Shown one piece after another: positions 28,812 through 38,099 of a DNA stretch of 64,000 bases (its first letter is position 1; each line of letters opens with the position of its first letter). The stretch covers positions 128,001-192,000 of the forward strand of contig CAWAHW010000007.1 in assembly GCA_963781885.1 (NCBI GenBank), read 5' to 3'. This DNA comes from an uncultured Spirochaetota bacterium (GTDB lineage Bacteria; Spirochaetota; Spirochaetia; SZUA-6; Fen-1364). The notes beneath the pieces were generated by a model. It made no database searches and was not told the DNA's origin. It saw nothing but the letters and a program-made list of their open reading frames with translations. Made by a program: the position numbers and the translations under genes.

Positions 28812-30272
28812 ATGCGTCGTCTGACCCTATTCAGCCTTGGCGTGCTCCTGCTCGCGAGCCTTGCGGCATGCTCCTACAACTACCGCATCGACATTCAGCC
28901 GCCGGATGCGCGCGTGAGCGCGAACGGCGCGGCCGTCGAAACCGGCAAAAACGTGTCGCTCCACGGCCGCTCGCTCGCCGTCACCGCGCTTCACGACGGG
29001 TATACCGACTTCAGCGGCTCCTATCGCCATCCCTTCTGGTTCGGGGAGAGGAAGATCTCCATCCAGATGGAGAGACGGAGCTACGCCGTCCAGGTTTCCG
29101 TGCTCGGTCCCCCGGTCCCCTATACGCTGGACGCGACGCTTTCGGGAACGACCCCGTTCTCCGGGAGTCTTGCCTACGGGGAGCACCACCTCGTGGTGAC
29201 GGAGCCCGATAAGACGCAGAAGACGATCGATTTCGCCGTGACCGGCCCCGGCCCCTACGTTTTCCGCCCCCAGAGCGCGCCGATCCCCCTCCAGCCCGTC
29301 GGTGTTTTCGACTGCGGCCTCCAGCCCAAGCAGATCCTCTTTTCCCCCGACGACAAGGAGCTTTTCATCCCGCTCCTGAACGGGAAGGGCTTCCAGATCC
29401 TGAACCTTTCCACGCGCACCATGCAGACGGTGGAGGTGGAGAAGTTCGGCAAGGACGTCGGCTTCGTGGAGGACATCATCATCCCCCGCGCGCCGAATGC
29501 GGCGGACAAGGACTATCGGCTGCTCGTGTCGCAGATGACCACCGCGCGGGTGCACGAGTACAAGCTGAAGCCTGACGGCAGCGTGGAATATGTCCGTTCC
29601 TTCAAGACGGGCGGGAATTGGTCCAAGGTCATCGCCTGGCTGCCGCAGCAGGACCTCCTGGCGGTGTCCAACTGGCTCAGCAACGACGTGACCCTCCTGG
29701 ACTACACGACCGCGAATGTCGTGCGAAAGCTCGGCGGTCTGGATGTGCCGCGCGGCATGGCCTTTACGCCGGACGGCAAGTCGCTGGCCGTGGCGTCCTT
29801 CAATGGCGGCTTCATCACCGAGTTCGACACGCAGACCTGGACGCGGACAAGGACGATCCAGCGTCCTGCCGGCGCCGCGCCGCGGCACATCGTCATCACC
29901 CAGGACGGCAAGTACTACTACGTGAGCGACATGGCGCGCGACGAGGTCCTGAAGATCGACCAGGCGACGTTCACCATCGTCCACGCCTACCCGACCCACT
30001 CGAATACCAACAGCATCGATCTGTCATCCGATGGACGGCTGCTCGCTATTTCCTGCCGCGGTCCGAACAATCCCGGCGGCTACGAGCTGAAAAGCCCCTC
30101 GGGAGGCTGGGTCATGATCTACGATACCCGCAACGACACCCTCCTGGCGACCATTGAAGGCGGGCTCCAGCCCACGGGGCTCGACATCAGCAACGATGAC
30201 AAGCTGCTTGCCTTCACCAATTTCCAGGACCCGACCGTGGAGATCTATTCGCTGGAAGGATTGCTGAAGTAG
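28812..30272 (+). CDS. Lipoprotein with PEGA-like domains and YncE/YVTN-type beta-propeller
   Basis: Lipobox LAAC; repeats QPKQILFSPD, PRGMAFTPDG, PRHIVITQDG, QPTGLDIS. Confidence 0.85.
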   Translation: MRRLTLFSLGVLLLASLAACSYNYRIDIQPPDARVSANGAAVETGKNVSLHGRSLAVTALHDGYTDFSGSYRHPFWFGERKISIQMERRSYAVQVSVLGPPVPYTLDATLSGTTPFSGSLAYGEHHLVVTEPDKTQKTIDFAVTGPGPYVFRPQSAPIPLQPVGVFDCGLQPKQILFSPDDKELFIPLLNGKGFQILNLSTRTMQTVEVEKFGKDVGFVEDIIIPRAPNAADKDYRLLVSQMTTARVHEYKLKPDGSVEYVRSFKTGGNWSKVIAWLPQQDLLAVSNWLSNDVTLLDYTTANVVRKLGGLDVPRGMAFTPDGKSLAVASFNGGFITEFDTQTWTRTRTIQRPAGAAPRHIVITQDGKYYYVSDMARDEVLKIDQATFTIVHAYPTHSNTNSIDLSSDGRLLAISCRGPNNPGGYELKSPSGGWVMIYDTRNDTLLATIEGGLQPTGLDISNDDKLLAFTNFQDPTVEIYSLEGLLK

Positions 30273-30324
30273 GACAGGCGTCTTTTCGCGCGACGGCCGC
30301 CCCGCGTCCACGCCCCGTCGGGCT

Positions 30325-30564
30325 CTATCGCCGTCCCCTGCGGAACACCATGAGGATGAGGCCGATGAGCGCCACGGCGCCGCCGCCGACCATCTCGACG
30401 ATCGCCTGCTGCTCCTCGGTGGATCTGCCGGTGAAGAGTTTCTGCAGCGCCCCGCCCAGGGACGCCTTCTGATTGTTGTACGTCACGATGCCGTACGCCA
30501 GCACGGCGGCGCCGACGACGAACAGGATGAGGCCGGCGAGAAGGCGCGAATCGTTGCGTTTCAT
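30325..30564 (-). CDS. Small two-TM membrane protein (DUF3185-like)
   Basis: Two hydrophobic helices around KLFTGRS; RBS GGGAG. Confidence 0.75.
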   Translation of the reverse strand: MKRNDSRLLAGLILFVVGAAVLAYGIVTYNNQKASLGGALQKLFTGRSTEEQQAIVEMVGGGAVALIGLILMVFRRGRR

Positions 30565-30604
30565 TTTCTCCCTTTCAGACTTTCAGCCCGTGGGCCAGGA
30601 TGGC

Positions 30605-30743
30605 GGGCGGCTTCATCACGACGCAGCATACCAGGTGATGCCCATCGATCCAATGGGGGCGCGGCACTGTCCGTGCACCCGCGATTCAGGGCGGCGAAGC
30701 CTCACGCGCACGGCGACCGACGCGCATCATGATGAAGCCGCCC
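30605..30743 (-). ncRNA. Candidate structured RNA or MITE closed by a 20-bp stem
   Basis: 14-bp perfect inverted repeat (30605-30618 / 30730-30743), extending to 20 bp through G-U pairs on the minus strand only; internal hairpins. Confidence 0.45.
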
Positions 30744-30826
30744 TTCCCCCTTTTCCGCCGACACACGCATTGTGTATGCTGGCGCCGGCCTTGGACAAGA
30801 CAGCAACAGAGGAAGGTCAAGCCGCC

Positions 30827-31600
30827 GTGCCTGCCCCCACAGTTTTCACGATCCCGACCGGCCCGGACGCCCACGGCTCCTTCCTGCCTGCCCCGGACGG
30901 GCGTCTCTGTGGCATCTCGCTCCTGCCTGCCGGCGACATGGCGCTTTCCCGGCGCGCCGCGTTTCCCGATCGTGCGCGGTTCCTGGCGGCACTCGGCGTG
31001 CCGGCGGACAGGGTCTTCGCGCTGCGGCAGGTGCATTCCCGCCGGGTCGTCGTTCTTGCCGGCCTGGCACCGCAGGATCTGGAGGCGACCGAAGCGGACG
31101 GCATGCTTTCGGACCGCCAGGACGTGCTCCTCACGGTCACGGTTGCCGACTGCCTTCCCATCGTCCTGGTGGACACGCGCCGCGGCGTCTTCGGCATTGT
31201 GCATTCGGGGTGGAAGGGAACGGGCATTGCGGCGGAGGCGGTGCGCCTCATGCGGGAGAGCTTCGGCACGCGGCCCCCGGATATCGCGGTGACGATCGGA
31301 CCGGGGATCGGCGCGTGCTGCTACCGCGTGCCGGGCGAGCGGGCGGCGCTCTTCGAAGCCGAGCACGGACCGGGCACGGTCGTTTATGGCGCGGATGGAA
31401 CGCCGCGGCTGGACCTGCGTGCCGCGAACGTGGCGCTGTTGGAAAGGGCGGGTGTGGAGAACATCGCCGTTGCCTCTGACTGCACCTGCTGCACGCCGGA
31501 TCTTGCCTCCTTCCGACGCCAGGGAGCGGCGCAATTCACGCTCATGCTCGCCTATGTCGGCGGCGTGGCGATTCCGCGCGCCCCAGCAGGGGGTACATAG
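30827..31600 (+). CDS. pgeF: YfiH/PgeF family (polyphenol-oxidase-like purine nucleoside phosphorylase)
   Basis: QVHS, ADG, ADCLP, HSGWKG, GPGIGACCY, CT, SFRR; GTG start after RBS GAGGAAGG. Confidence 0.9.
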   Translation: MPAPTVFTIPTGPDAHGSFLPAPDGRLCGISLLPAGDMALSRRAAFPDRARFLAALGVPADRVFALRQVHSRRVVVLAGLAPQDLEATEADGMLSDRQDVLLTVTVADCLPIVLVDTRRGVFGIVHSGWKGTGIAAEAVRLMRESFGTRPPDIAVTIGPGIGACCYRVPGERAALFEAEHGPGTVVYGADGTPRLDLRAANVALLERAGVENIAVASDCTCCTPDLASFRRQGAAQFTLMLAYVGGVAIPRAPAGGT

Positions 31601-32551
31601 ATGTTCCAGGTCCGGCGCATGACGGCGGCAGACAAGCCGGCGATGATGGAGATCAGCTCTCTGATCTGGGAGGGACACGATTACCTGCCGTCCGTGTTCG
31701 ACGCATGGGTGGCGGACCGCGAAGGGGAATTCGCCGCCATTCTCCTGGGCGACAGGCTGGTCGGCTGTGGAAAGCTCACGTTCCTCACGCCGGCGGACGC
31801 GTGGCTGGAAGGGCTCCGCAAAGACCCGCGCGTGAAGGAGAAAGGGCTCGCCGTGTTCGTGACGCGCTACTTCCTGGCCCGGCTTGCCGATCGCGGAGGG
31901 CTGGCCTCCGTGCGCTTTTCCACGTACCTGACGAACGCGGCGTCCCGGGACGCCAACGAGCGGCTGGGCTTTTCGGTGCGCGCGCGGCTGTCGCTGAAGG
32001 CCTGGGAAGGCAAGGCCGGGCAGCCCGCGCCTCTAAAAGTCGGGGACGGACCCGGCGTCGGCGCGACCGTGGAGACCGTGAGGGACGCGGCGGCGGTCCT
32101 GGAGTTCTTCGGTCGCCAGGGATACTTCACGGCAATGAGCGGCCTGCTGGTCGACGGCTGGAAGGTGCATCCCTTTTCACCGGCCACGCTCGCCGAGCGC
32201 TACATCGCGGCCGGCCGATGCCGCGGGCTGATCGTGGGCGGAGAGATACGGGCCGCGCTGATCGAATCGCCCGCCTTCGAGACCCGGCGCACCGCGGCAC
32301 GGATCGTTGCCCTGGACAGCGTGGATGACCGGGGTGCGTTCCTCCTGCTGGACGACCAGCGCGCGCGCTTCCTGGCGGCGCTGCCTCCCGGAAACACGCT
32401 GGAGATGGAGTGGATGGTGCCAAGGGTGCCGCGGCTCAAGGAATGGTGCGCGGCATGGGGCCTGGCCAGCTGGGAGCAGGAGGACGACTATTTCGTCTAC
32501 GAGCTGCCCCTGGACCTGCTCCCGAGATTTGCCGCGCGGGAAGGCGCATGA
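31601..32551 (+). CDS. GNAT family acetyltransferase
   Basis: IWEGHDYLP, WLEGLR, N.AS...ERLGF. Confidence 0.8.
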   Translation: MFQVRRMTAADKPAMMEISSLIWEGHDYLPSVFDAWVADREGEFAAILLGDRLVGCGKLTFLTPADAWLEGLRKDPRVKEKGLAVFVTRYFLARLADRGGLASVRFSTYLTNAASRDANERLGFSVRARLSLKAWEGKAGQPAPLKVGDGPGVGATVETVRDAAAVLEFFGRQGYFTAMSGLLVDGWKVHPFSPATLAERYIAAGRCRGLIVGGEIRAALIESPAFETRRTAARIVALDSVDDRGAFLLLDDQRARFLAALPPGNTLEMEWMVPRVPRLKEWCAAWGLASWEQEDDYFVYELPLDLLPRFAAREGA

Positions 32552-32970
32552 GCATGACGTTCCAGAAAAGCATCACGACAGAGACCACCGGCCACGGGAA
32601 CATGAAGGACCTGACGGCGCAGATCGCGGATCTCGTCACCGCATCGGGCATCGCGACGGGGATCGCAAGCGTTTTCGTGGTCGGGAGCACGGCAGCGGTC
32701 GGGGCCATCGAGCTGGAGCCGGGCCTTGCGCACGATCTTCCCGAGCTTTTCGACCGGCTCATTCCGCCCAGCAGGTCGTACGGGCACGAGCGGGCCTGGC
32801 ACGATGGAAATGGGCATTCCCATCTTCAGGCCACGTGGCTGGGTCCGTCGCTCTCCCTGCCCATCCACGACGGAGCGCCCATTCTCGGAACCTGGCAGCA
32901 GATATTCCTGCTTGAATGCGATGTGAAGCCGCGCCGCCGGACCGTCATCATCACGATCGTCGGCGATTGA
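32548..32970 (+). CDS. yjbQ: YjbQ/UPF0047 family protein
   Basis: GSTAA, YGH, NGHSH, LGTWQQI..E.D. Confidence 0.9.
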   Translation: MSMTFQKSITTETTGHGNMKDLTAQIADLVTASGIATGIASVFVVGSTAAVGAIELEPGLAHDLPELFDRLIPPSRSYGHERAWHDGNGHSHLQATWLGPSLSLPIHDGAPILGTWQQIFLLECDVKPRRRTVIITIVGD

Positions 32971-32980
32971 GCACCCCCTG

Positions 32981-33026
32981 TTGAAAAGCGTCACTCCTTG
33001 TGATAAATTAAAACCGACCGGTCGGT
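32981..33026 (+). promoter_or_regulatory. Sigma-70 promoter followed by a palindromic operator
   Basis: TTGAAA-N17-TAAATT with extended TG; perfect 14-bp palindrome ACCGACCGGTCGGT at 33013-33026. Confidence 0.7.
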
Positions 33027-33048
33027 ATTTTATTTACAGGAGAAAAGC

Positions 33049-34023
33049 ATGGGTCCCTTCACGTTGGTGCCTGCGTGGATCGTCGAGGACATGATCGTCA
33101 TCGCGGTCGCCGTTTTCACCGTCATCTTCATCCTCAAGAACGAGAAGCATCCTGCGAGCATCCTCATGGAGATGTTCTGCTTCATCGTGCTCTATGCCGC
33201 CGTCTATGAGAACCTCGCGACCCTCATGGGCTGGTACGGGTACGGGCGCACGCTGTTCATGATCGGGAATGTCCCGCTCGTCGTGCCCCTGGTGGAGTAC
33301 CTGGTGGTGTATTCGGCCCTGCGCGTGCTGGGCACCATGAATGTCCCGACCTGGGTCAAGCCATTCGCCGTCGGAGGGGCAGGGATGCTGTTCGACTTCG
33401 CCCTGGATCCCCTTGCCATCAAACAGGTGTTCGTCACCCTCGAGCGCACCATCGGGCGCTGGACGTGGTACATGGGGCCGCGCGACGTGGGGATCTATGG
33501 CGAGCCCGTCTACAACTTCACCGGGTGGGTCCTGATCTGCGGCTACGCAGCGGCGCTCCTCCTCCTGGGCAGGTACTGGCATCGCCGGTCGGGATACGCG
33601 GGGGCGGTCGGAATCGCCTATCCCTTCGTGACGATGGGCGCGGCGCTCGGGCTCGTCGTGTCGCCCCTCAGCCAGGCGCTTCTCTGGCTGGAACCGATCT
33701 TCCACAAGGGGAGCATCGGCGAATGGATCATGCTCGGGGTGTGGCTCTGCGTCCCGGTGGTCCTGCTTGTCGTGTTCTGGCGCGGAAAGATGAGGGAGAG
33801 ATTCCTCATCGGGAAGAATCTGCCGGTCGTCCTGACCCTCGTCGGGCTGCCGCTCGTGACGGTGATATGGACGCTTGCCGCCGGGCAGCTCGAGATCGTG
33901 TGGATCGAGGCCCTGGCGACCCTGGGGCTGGCGGGCCTGCTCGCCGGGGCGAGCCTGCTGCCCGCCCCGGTCGCGTCGCGGCAGCGGCGGGTCACAGCCC
34001 AAGGAGCGGCGCGAGCTCGCTGA
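33049..34023 (+). CDS. Polytopic membrane protein, CruF/carotenoid-biosynthesis-like family
   Basis: E...G.Y.Y, VP, DFALDP, W.W, GEPVYNFTGW. Confidence 0.7.
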   Translation: MGPFTLVPAWIVEDMIVIAVAVFTVIFILKNEKHPASILMEMFCFIVLYAAVYENLATLMGWYGYGRTLFMIGNVPLVVPLVEYLVVYSALRVLGTMNVPTWVKPFAVGGAGMLFDFALDPLAIKQVFVTLERTIGRWTWYMGPRDVGIYGEPVYNFTGWVLICGYAAALLLLGRYWHRRSGYAGAVGIAYPFVTMGAALGLVVSPLSQALLWLEPIFHKGSIGEWIMLGVWLCVPVVLLVVFWRGKMRERFLIGKNLPVVLTLVGLPLVTVIWTLAAGQLEIVWIEALATLGLAGLLAGASLLPAPVASRQRRVTAQGAARAR

Positions 34024-34615
34024 GGCTCTCTATCGTGTAGTCGGGGACGGCTTTTTTAGCGTTTTCATGCGCCCAGGTGGTTGCGCTCGACACGACGCGG
34101 CCGTTCGTCACGAGCACGGTCGGCGAGCCTGCCGCCCTGCCCGCGGCGATGTCGAACGTGAAATCGCCGACGACCAGCATGTCCGCCGTCTCCACCCCGA
34201 GCCTGCGCGCCGCGTCGATCACCCCGTCGGGGTGCGGCTTCGGCCTTCCCGGGCTTTCCCGGGTGTGGATCACGGTGAAATCCGTCTCCGAGACGGTGCG
34301 GAAGTTCTTGAGCGATTCGCGGATGGAGGCGAGCGTGTTGCGCGTGAGGATGCCGCAGGCGATGCCCCGGTTCCTCAGGAGCGCCACGGTCTCCTCGGCG
34401 CCCGTGTTGGGAGACGACGCGCGGGCCGCTGCCAGCTCGAAGTCGGAAAGGATGCCGTGCGCTCTTTCGCGCTCCTCCTGTCCGGGGAGCGCTTCGATGT
34501 ATTCCAGTATCGTCGCGGTACCGGGACATCCGAGCGCCCGGCGCAGCGCGCCGAAATCGAGGGAATCGGGCCGCGTGAGCGTGCCGTCGAAATCGAAAAG
34601 GACGGCGCGGATCAT
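33992..34615 (-). CDS. HAD-superfamily hydrolase
   Basis: FDFDGTL, TRN, KPHPD, VGDFTFD. Confidence 0.92.
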   Translation of the reverse strand: MIRAVLFDFDGTLTRPDSLDFGALRRALGCPGTATILEYIEALPGQEERERAHGILSDFELAAARASSPNTGAEETVALLRNRGIACGILTRNTLASIRESLKNFRTVSETDFTVIHTRESPGRPKPHPDGVIDAARRLGVETADMLVVGDFTFDIAAGRAAGSPTVLVTNGRVVSSATTWAHENAKKAVPDYTIESLSELAPLLGL

Positions 34616-34746
34616 GGGGTGCCCCCCGCGCGCACCGAGGCCCCGTCGGTCTGCTTCCCCGTCGACGCGTTGGCGGCCTGGGCGCAGACCTTATCGGGGT
34701 GTCCTTCGTTGACGGACTCCGAGGTGAAAAGGAAATCCTTCGGCAT
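34612..34746 (-). pseudogene. metK: 44-aa ORF carrying only the N-terminus of S-adenosylmethionine synthetase
   Basis: MPKDFLFTSESVNEGHPDKVC matches the MetK signature, then diverges; RBS GAGGAG; stop overlaps the HAD ATG. Confidence 0.75.
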
Positions 34747-34827
34747 GGGGTTGGGCTCCTCGTGATGGCGCCGTGAGTGTAGCGCGGATGACTGCCGTGG
34801 GCTATACTCGTGGAAAAGGGGGAGATC

Positions 34828-35496
34828 GTGCGAAAAATAATCGGCATCGCTCTCGTGCTGGCCGCGTTTTCCGCGGCCACGGCATTCGCGTTCAACCCGG
34901 ACGAGCTCAACAAGGTCACGATCCAGAACAACACAGGCACGAAGATCGAGATGATCTTCCTGTCGCCCGGCGACAGCGACTACTGGGGCCCCGACATCAT
35001 CGGCGCGGACTACGTCCTGAAGGATGGCGGCTCCATCGGCTACTATCTCCACTACCCCGATAAATCCTTCAAGTTCGATGTCATGGCCACCGACGACAAA
35101 GGCAACAAATTCGAGCAGCGCGACCTCGTGGTCACGGACGGGGTGGAGCTCACGCTGAAGCTCTCGAAGAAGAACCTCGACGCGGCCGCGCCCGATTTCA
35201 CGCTCGCGACGGTGCACTTCGAGAACAACACCGGCCACGAGCTGCAGTACCTCTTCGTATCGCCCAACGACTCCAAGGCGTGGGGCGTCGACTTGCTCGA
35301 CGAATCGACCACGCTCGCCGACGGCGACACCCACAGCATCGTCGTGCCCATCGGCAAGAACAAGGCGAAGTACAATCTCATGGCCGTGGATGAGAACAAC
35401 GATGAGTATTCCTTCAACCTTACCCTGGACCCCGCCAAGGCGAGCAAAGAGTTCAGCTGGAGCATCGACCCGAGCGATCTGTCCACGGGCAAATGA
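34828..35496 (+). CDS. Secreted protein with two similar ~95-aa domains
   Basis: Signal peptide; duplicated NNTG....F.SP.DS..WG.D....L.DG. Confidence 0.8.
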   Translation: MRKIIGIALVLAAFSAATAFAFNPDELNKVTIQNNTGTKIEMIFLSPGDSDYWGPDIIGADYVLKDGGSIGYYLHYPDKSFKFDVMATDDKGNKFEQRDLVVTDGVELTLKLSKKNLDAAAPDFTLATVHFENNTGHELQYLFVSPNDSKAWGVDLLDESTTLADGDTHSIVVPIGKNKAKYNLMAVDENNDEYSFNLTLDPAKASKEFSWSIDPSDLSTGK

Positions 35497-35547
35497 GCAG
35501 GAACGGGCGGGCCGCGCCGCGCGTCGCCTGCCGGCGCGCCCGCTCTC

Positions 35548-37092
35548 TCATATCCCTTCGAGGAACGCCACGATCTCGGCAATGCGGACCGGCTTCGCGA
35601 TGAACCCGTCGAAGCCTTCCGCGAGGAAGCGCTCGGGGTCGCCCTTCATGGCATAGGCGGTGAGCGCGACAAAGGGCCCGCGCACGCCGCCATCCCGCAG
35701 CCGGCGCATCGCCTCGATGCCGTTCATGCCGGGGAGCTGGATGTCCATGAAGACGATGTCGCAGCTTCCGCCGGCCGCCACGCTGAGGGCCTCTTCTCCC
35801 GTCGCCGCCATGAGCACCGTGCAGCCGAATGCCGCGAGGATGCGCTCCATGAGCGCGCGGTTGGCGGCACTGTCGTCGACCACCAGGGCGGTCTTCCCCG
35901 AGAGGTCCGGGACGTTGTCGCTGGGCACCGGCGCCGCGCCCGGCGCGGGGGAGGCGGCGGGGCCGGCCGTCGGGGCCTGCAGGCCCGGGAACCGCACGGT
36001 GAACCTGCTCCCCGCGCCGGGCGTGCTTTCCACCGCCACGGAGCCGGCGTGCAGCTCGACGAGCCGCTTCACGATGGCGAGCCCCAGCCCCGTGCCCTCG
36101 CCGCTGCGCCCCGCGCGCGACTGGGAGTACGGCTCGAAGATGCGCGGCAGATCGGCCGGCGCGATGCCGATCCCCTCGTCCCACACGGTGATCGTGAGCA
36201 TGCCGCCCTGCGCGGAGGCATCCACCCCGATGCGCTTCTCCCGCGCGGTGAACTTGATCGCATTCGACAGCAGATTGTAGAGGACCTGCTTGAAGCGCAC
36301 CTCGTCGACGTCGACCAAGCCAACGCCATCCGGCAGCTTTGTCTCGATGCGCAGGTGCTTCTTGGCCGCCAGGGAGCGCACGGTCGTGAGGACGCGGCGG
36401 ATGACGAGCAGGGGATCGATGTGCGTCTTCTCCAGCTCCACCTTGCCCGCCTCCACCTTCGACAGGTCGAGCACGTCGTTCACCATGTCCAGGAGGTGCT
36501 CCCCCCCTTCGCGGATCCAGTGCACGTACTCGTGCTGCTTCGCCGTGAGCGTTTCCCCGCCCTGCAGCTCCATGAGCTGGCTGAAGCCCAGGATGGAGTT
36601 CAAGGGAGTGCGCAGCTCGTGGCTCATGTCGGCAAGGAAGCGGCTCTTGGCGCGGTTGGCGGCCTCTGCCGCGGCCGTTGCCTCGCGGAGCAGCTCCTCC
36701 ATCGCCTTGCGCTCGGTGATGTCCTCCTTGACCCCGAGGTAGTGGCTGATATCGCCGTCGGCATCGCGGATGGCGGATATCGCCACGAGCTCCCAGTACA
36801 GGTCGCCGCTCTTCTTGCGGTTGCACAACTCGCCTCGCCATTCGCGGCCCGCGCTGATCGTCCGCCACAGGTCGCGGTATATCTCGGGACCCTGGACACC
36901 TGACTTGAGGATGCGGGGGTTGCGGCCGATCACCTCTTCCCGCGCGTAGCCCGTGAGGAGCGTGAACTTGCCGTTGACGTATTCGATGTTGCCCAGGGGG
37001 TCGGTGATCACGACGGTCGTGGGGCTCTCTTCCACGATGGAGACGAAGATCCGCGGATCCAGCCCCCGCCGTTCCTGCGGGCTGTCGGCCAC
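35548..37092 (-). CDS. Hybrid PAS-histidine kinase-REC
   Basis: NifL-like PAS (NPRILKSG, WRGE), SHELRTPL, NLLSNAIKFT, GTGLGL, MDIQLP. Confidence 0.92.
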   Translation of the reverse strand: MADSPQERRGLDPRIFVSIVEESPTTVVITDPLGNIEYVNGKFTLLTGYAREEVIGRNPRILKSGVQGPEIYRDLWRTISAGREWRGELCNRKKSGDLYWELVAISAIRDADGDISHYLGVKEDITERKAMEELLREATAAAEAANRAKSRFLADMSHELRTPLNSILGFSQLMELQGGETLTAKQHEYVHWIREGGEHLLDMVNDVLDLSKVEAGKVELEKTHIDPLLVIRRVLTTVRSLAAKKHLRIETKLPDGVGLVDVDEVRFKQVLYNLLSNAIKFTAREKRIGVDASAQGGMLTITVWDEGIGIAPADLPRIFEPYSQSRAGRSGEGTGLGLAIVKRLVELHAGSVAVESTPGAGSRFTVRFPGLQAPTAGPAASPAPGAAPVPSDNVPDLSGKTALVVDDSAANRALMERILAAFGCTVLMAATGEEALSVAAGGSCDIVFMDIQLPGMNGIEAMRRLRDGGVRGPFVALTAYAMKGDPERFLAEGFDGFIAKPVRIAEIVAFLEGI

Positions 37093-37096
37093 AGGC

Positions 37097-38089
37097 CTAC
37101 CCGATGTCGATGGGTCCCGCGAGGGCCTCGCAGAGGAGCCGGACCGATGCCTGCACGTCCGCGTAGTCCACCATCTCGGACGGAGAGTGGGCGTAGCGGG
37201 TGGGAATGGAGAGGCAGCCGGAAGGCACCCCGGCCCGCGAGACCTGGATGACGCTTGCATCCGTCGTCCCCATGACGAGCACCTCGCGCTGGCAGGGGAT
37301 GCCGGACGCCTCCGCGGTGCGGAGGAGCCAGTCCTTCACGCCCGGATGGGCGAGCATGCCGCGGTCCTTGATCTTGACCGCCGGTCCCGCGCCAAGCGCC
37401 ACCGCCATGGGGGCGCATTCCGGAGTGTCGCCCGTCAGCGTGATGTCGACGGCCAGCGCGATGTCGGGCTCCACGCTGAAACCCGAGGTCGTCGCGCCGC
37501 GCAGCCCCACCTCCTCCTGGACGGTGAAGACGAAGGACAGGTCGTGCGGCGATTCACCGAGCTCCTTCAGCACCTGCAGCATCACCGCGCAGCCCACGCG
37601 GTCGTCCAGGGCCTTCGCCACGATCCGCGTTCCCCTTTCCTCGCAGGTGCGATGGAAGCAGGCCACGTCGCCGACCCGCACCGGGCAGTCCCCCGGTCCC
37701 GTCGCGCCCACGTCGATGTAGAACTTGTCCATGCCGGGGACCCTGCTTGCATCGTCGGTCTTTTCAACGCCGATCGCGCCGATCGTCCCGTCGGCAAACC
37801 GCACGCGGCCGCCGAGCAGCGGCAGGAGCTGCACGCCGCCCACGTTGCCGAAGCGCAGGAATCCGCGCGTGTCGACGTGCGTGACCACGATGCCGATCTC
37901 GTCCATGTGGGCGGCGAGCATCAGGCGGCGGCCCCCGGCCTTTCCCGTGCGGTGCACGATGAGATTGCCCATCGCGTCAACGCGCTTCTCCACGCCCATG
38001 GGCAGCTCGGCGAGTATCGCCTCGCGCACCGCGGTCTCGTACCCCGAGGGCCCGAAGCATTCCGTGAGCTTCTTGATGAGGTCTTTCAT
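37097..38089 (-). CDS. M42 family aminopeptidase
   Basis: AHMDE, KALDDR, QEEVGLRGA, GTTDA, RYAHS. Confidence 0.93.
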   Translation of the reverse strand: MKDLIKKLTECFGPSGYETAVREAILAELPMGVEKRVDAMGNLIVHRTGKAGGRRLMLAAHMDEIGIVVTHVDTRGFLRFGNVGGVQLLPLLGGRVRFADGTIGAIGVEKTDDASRVPGMDKFYIDVGATGPGDCPVRVGDVACFHRTCEERGTRIVAKALDDRVGCAVMLQVLKELGESPHDLSFVFTVQEEVGLRGATTSGFSVEPDIALAVDITLTGDTPECAPMAVALGAGPAVKIKDRGMLAHPGVKDWLLRTAEASGIPCQREVLVMGTTDASVIQVSRAGVPSGCLSIPTRYAHSPSEMVDYADVQASVRLLCEALAGPIDIG

Positions 38090-38099
38090 TATCAACTCC

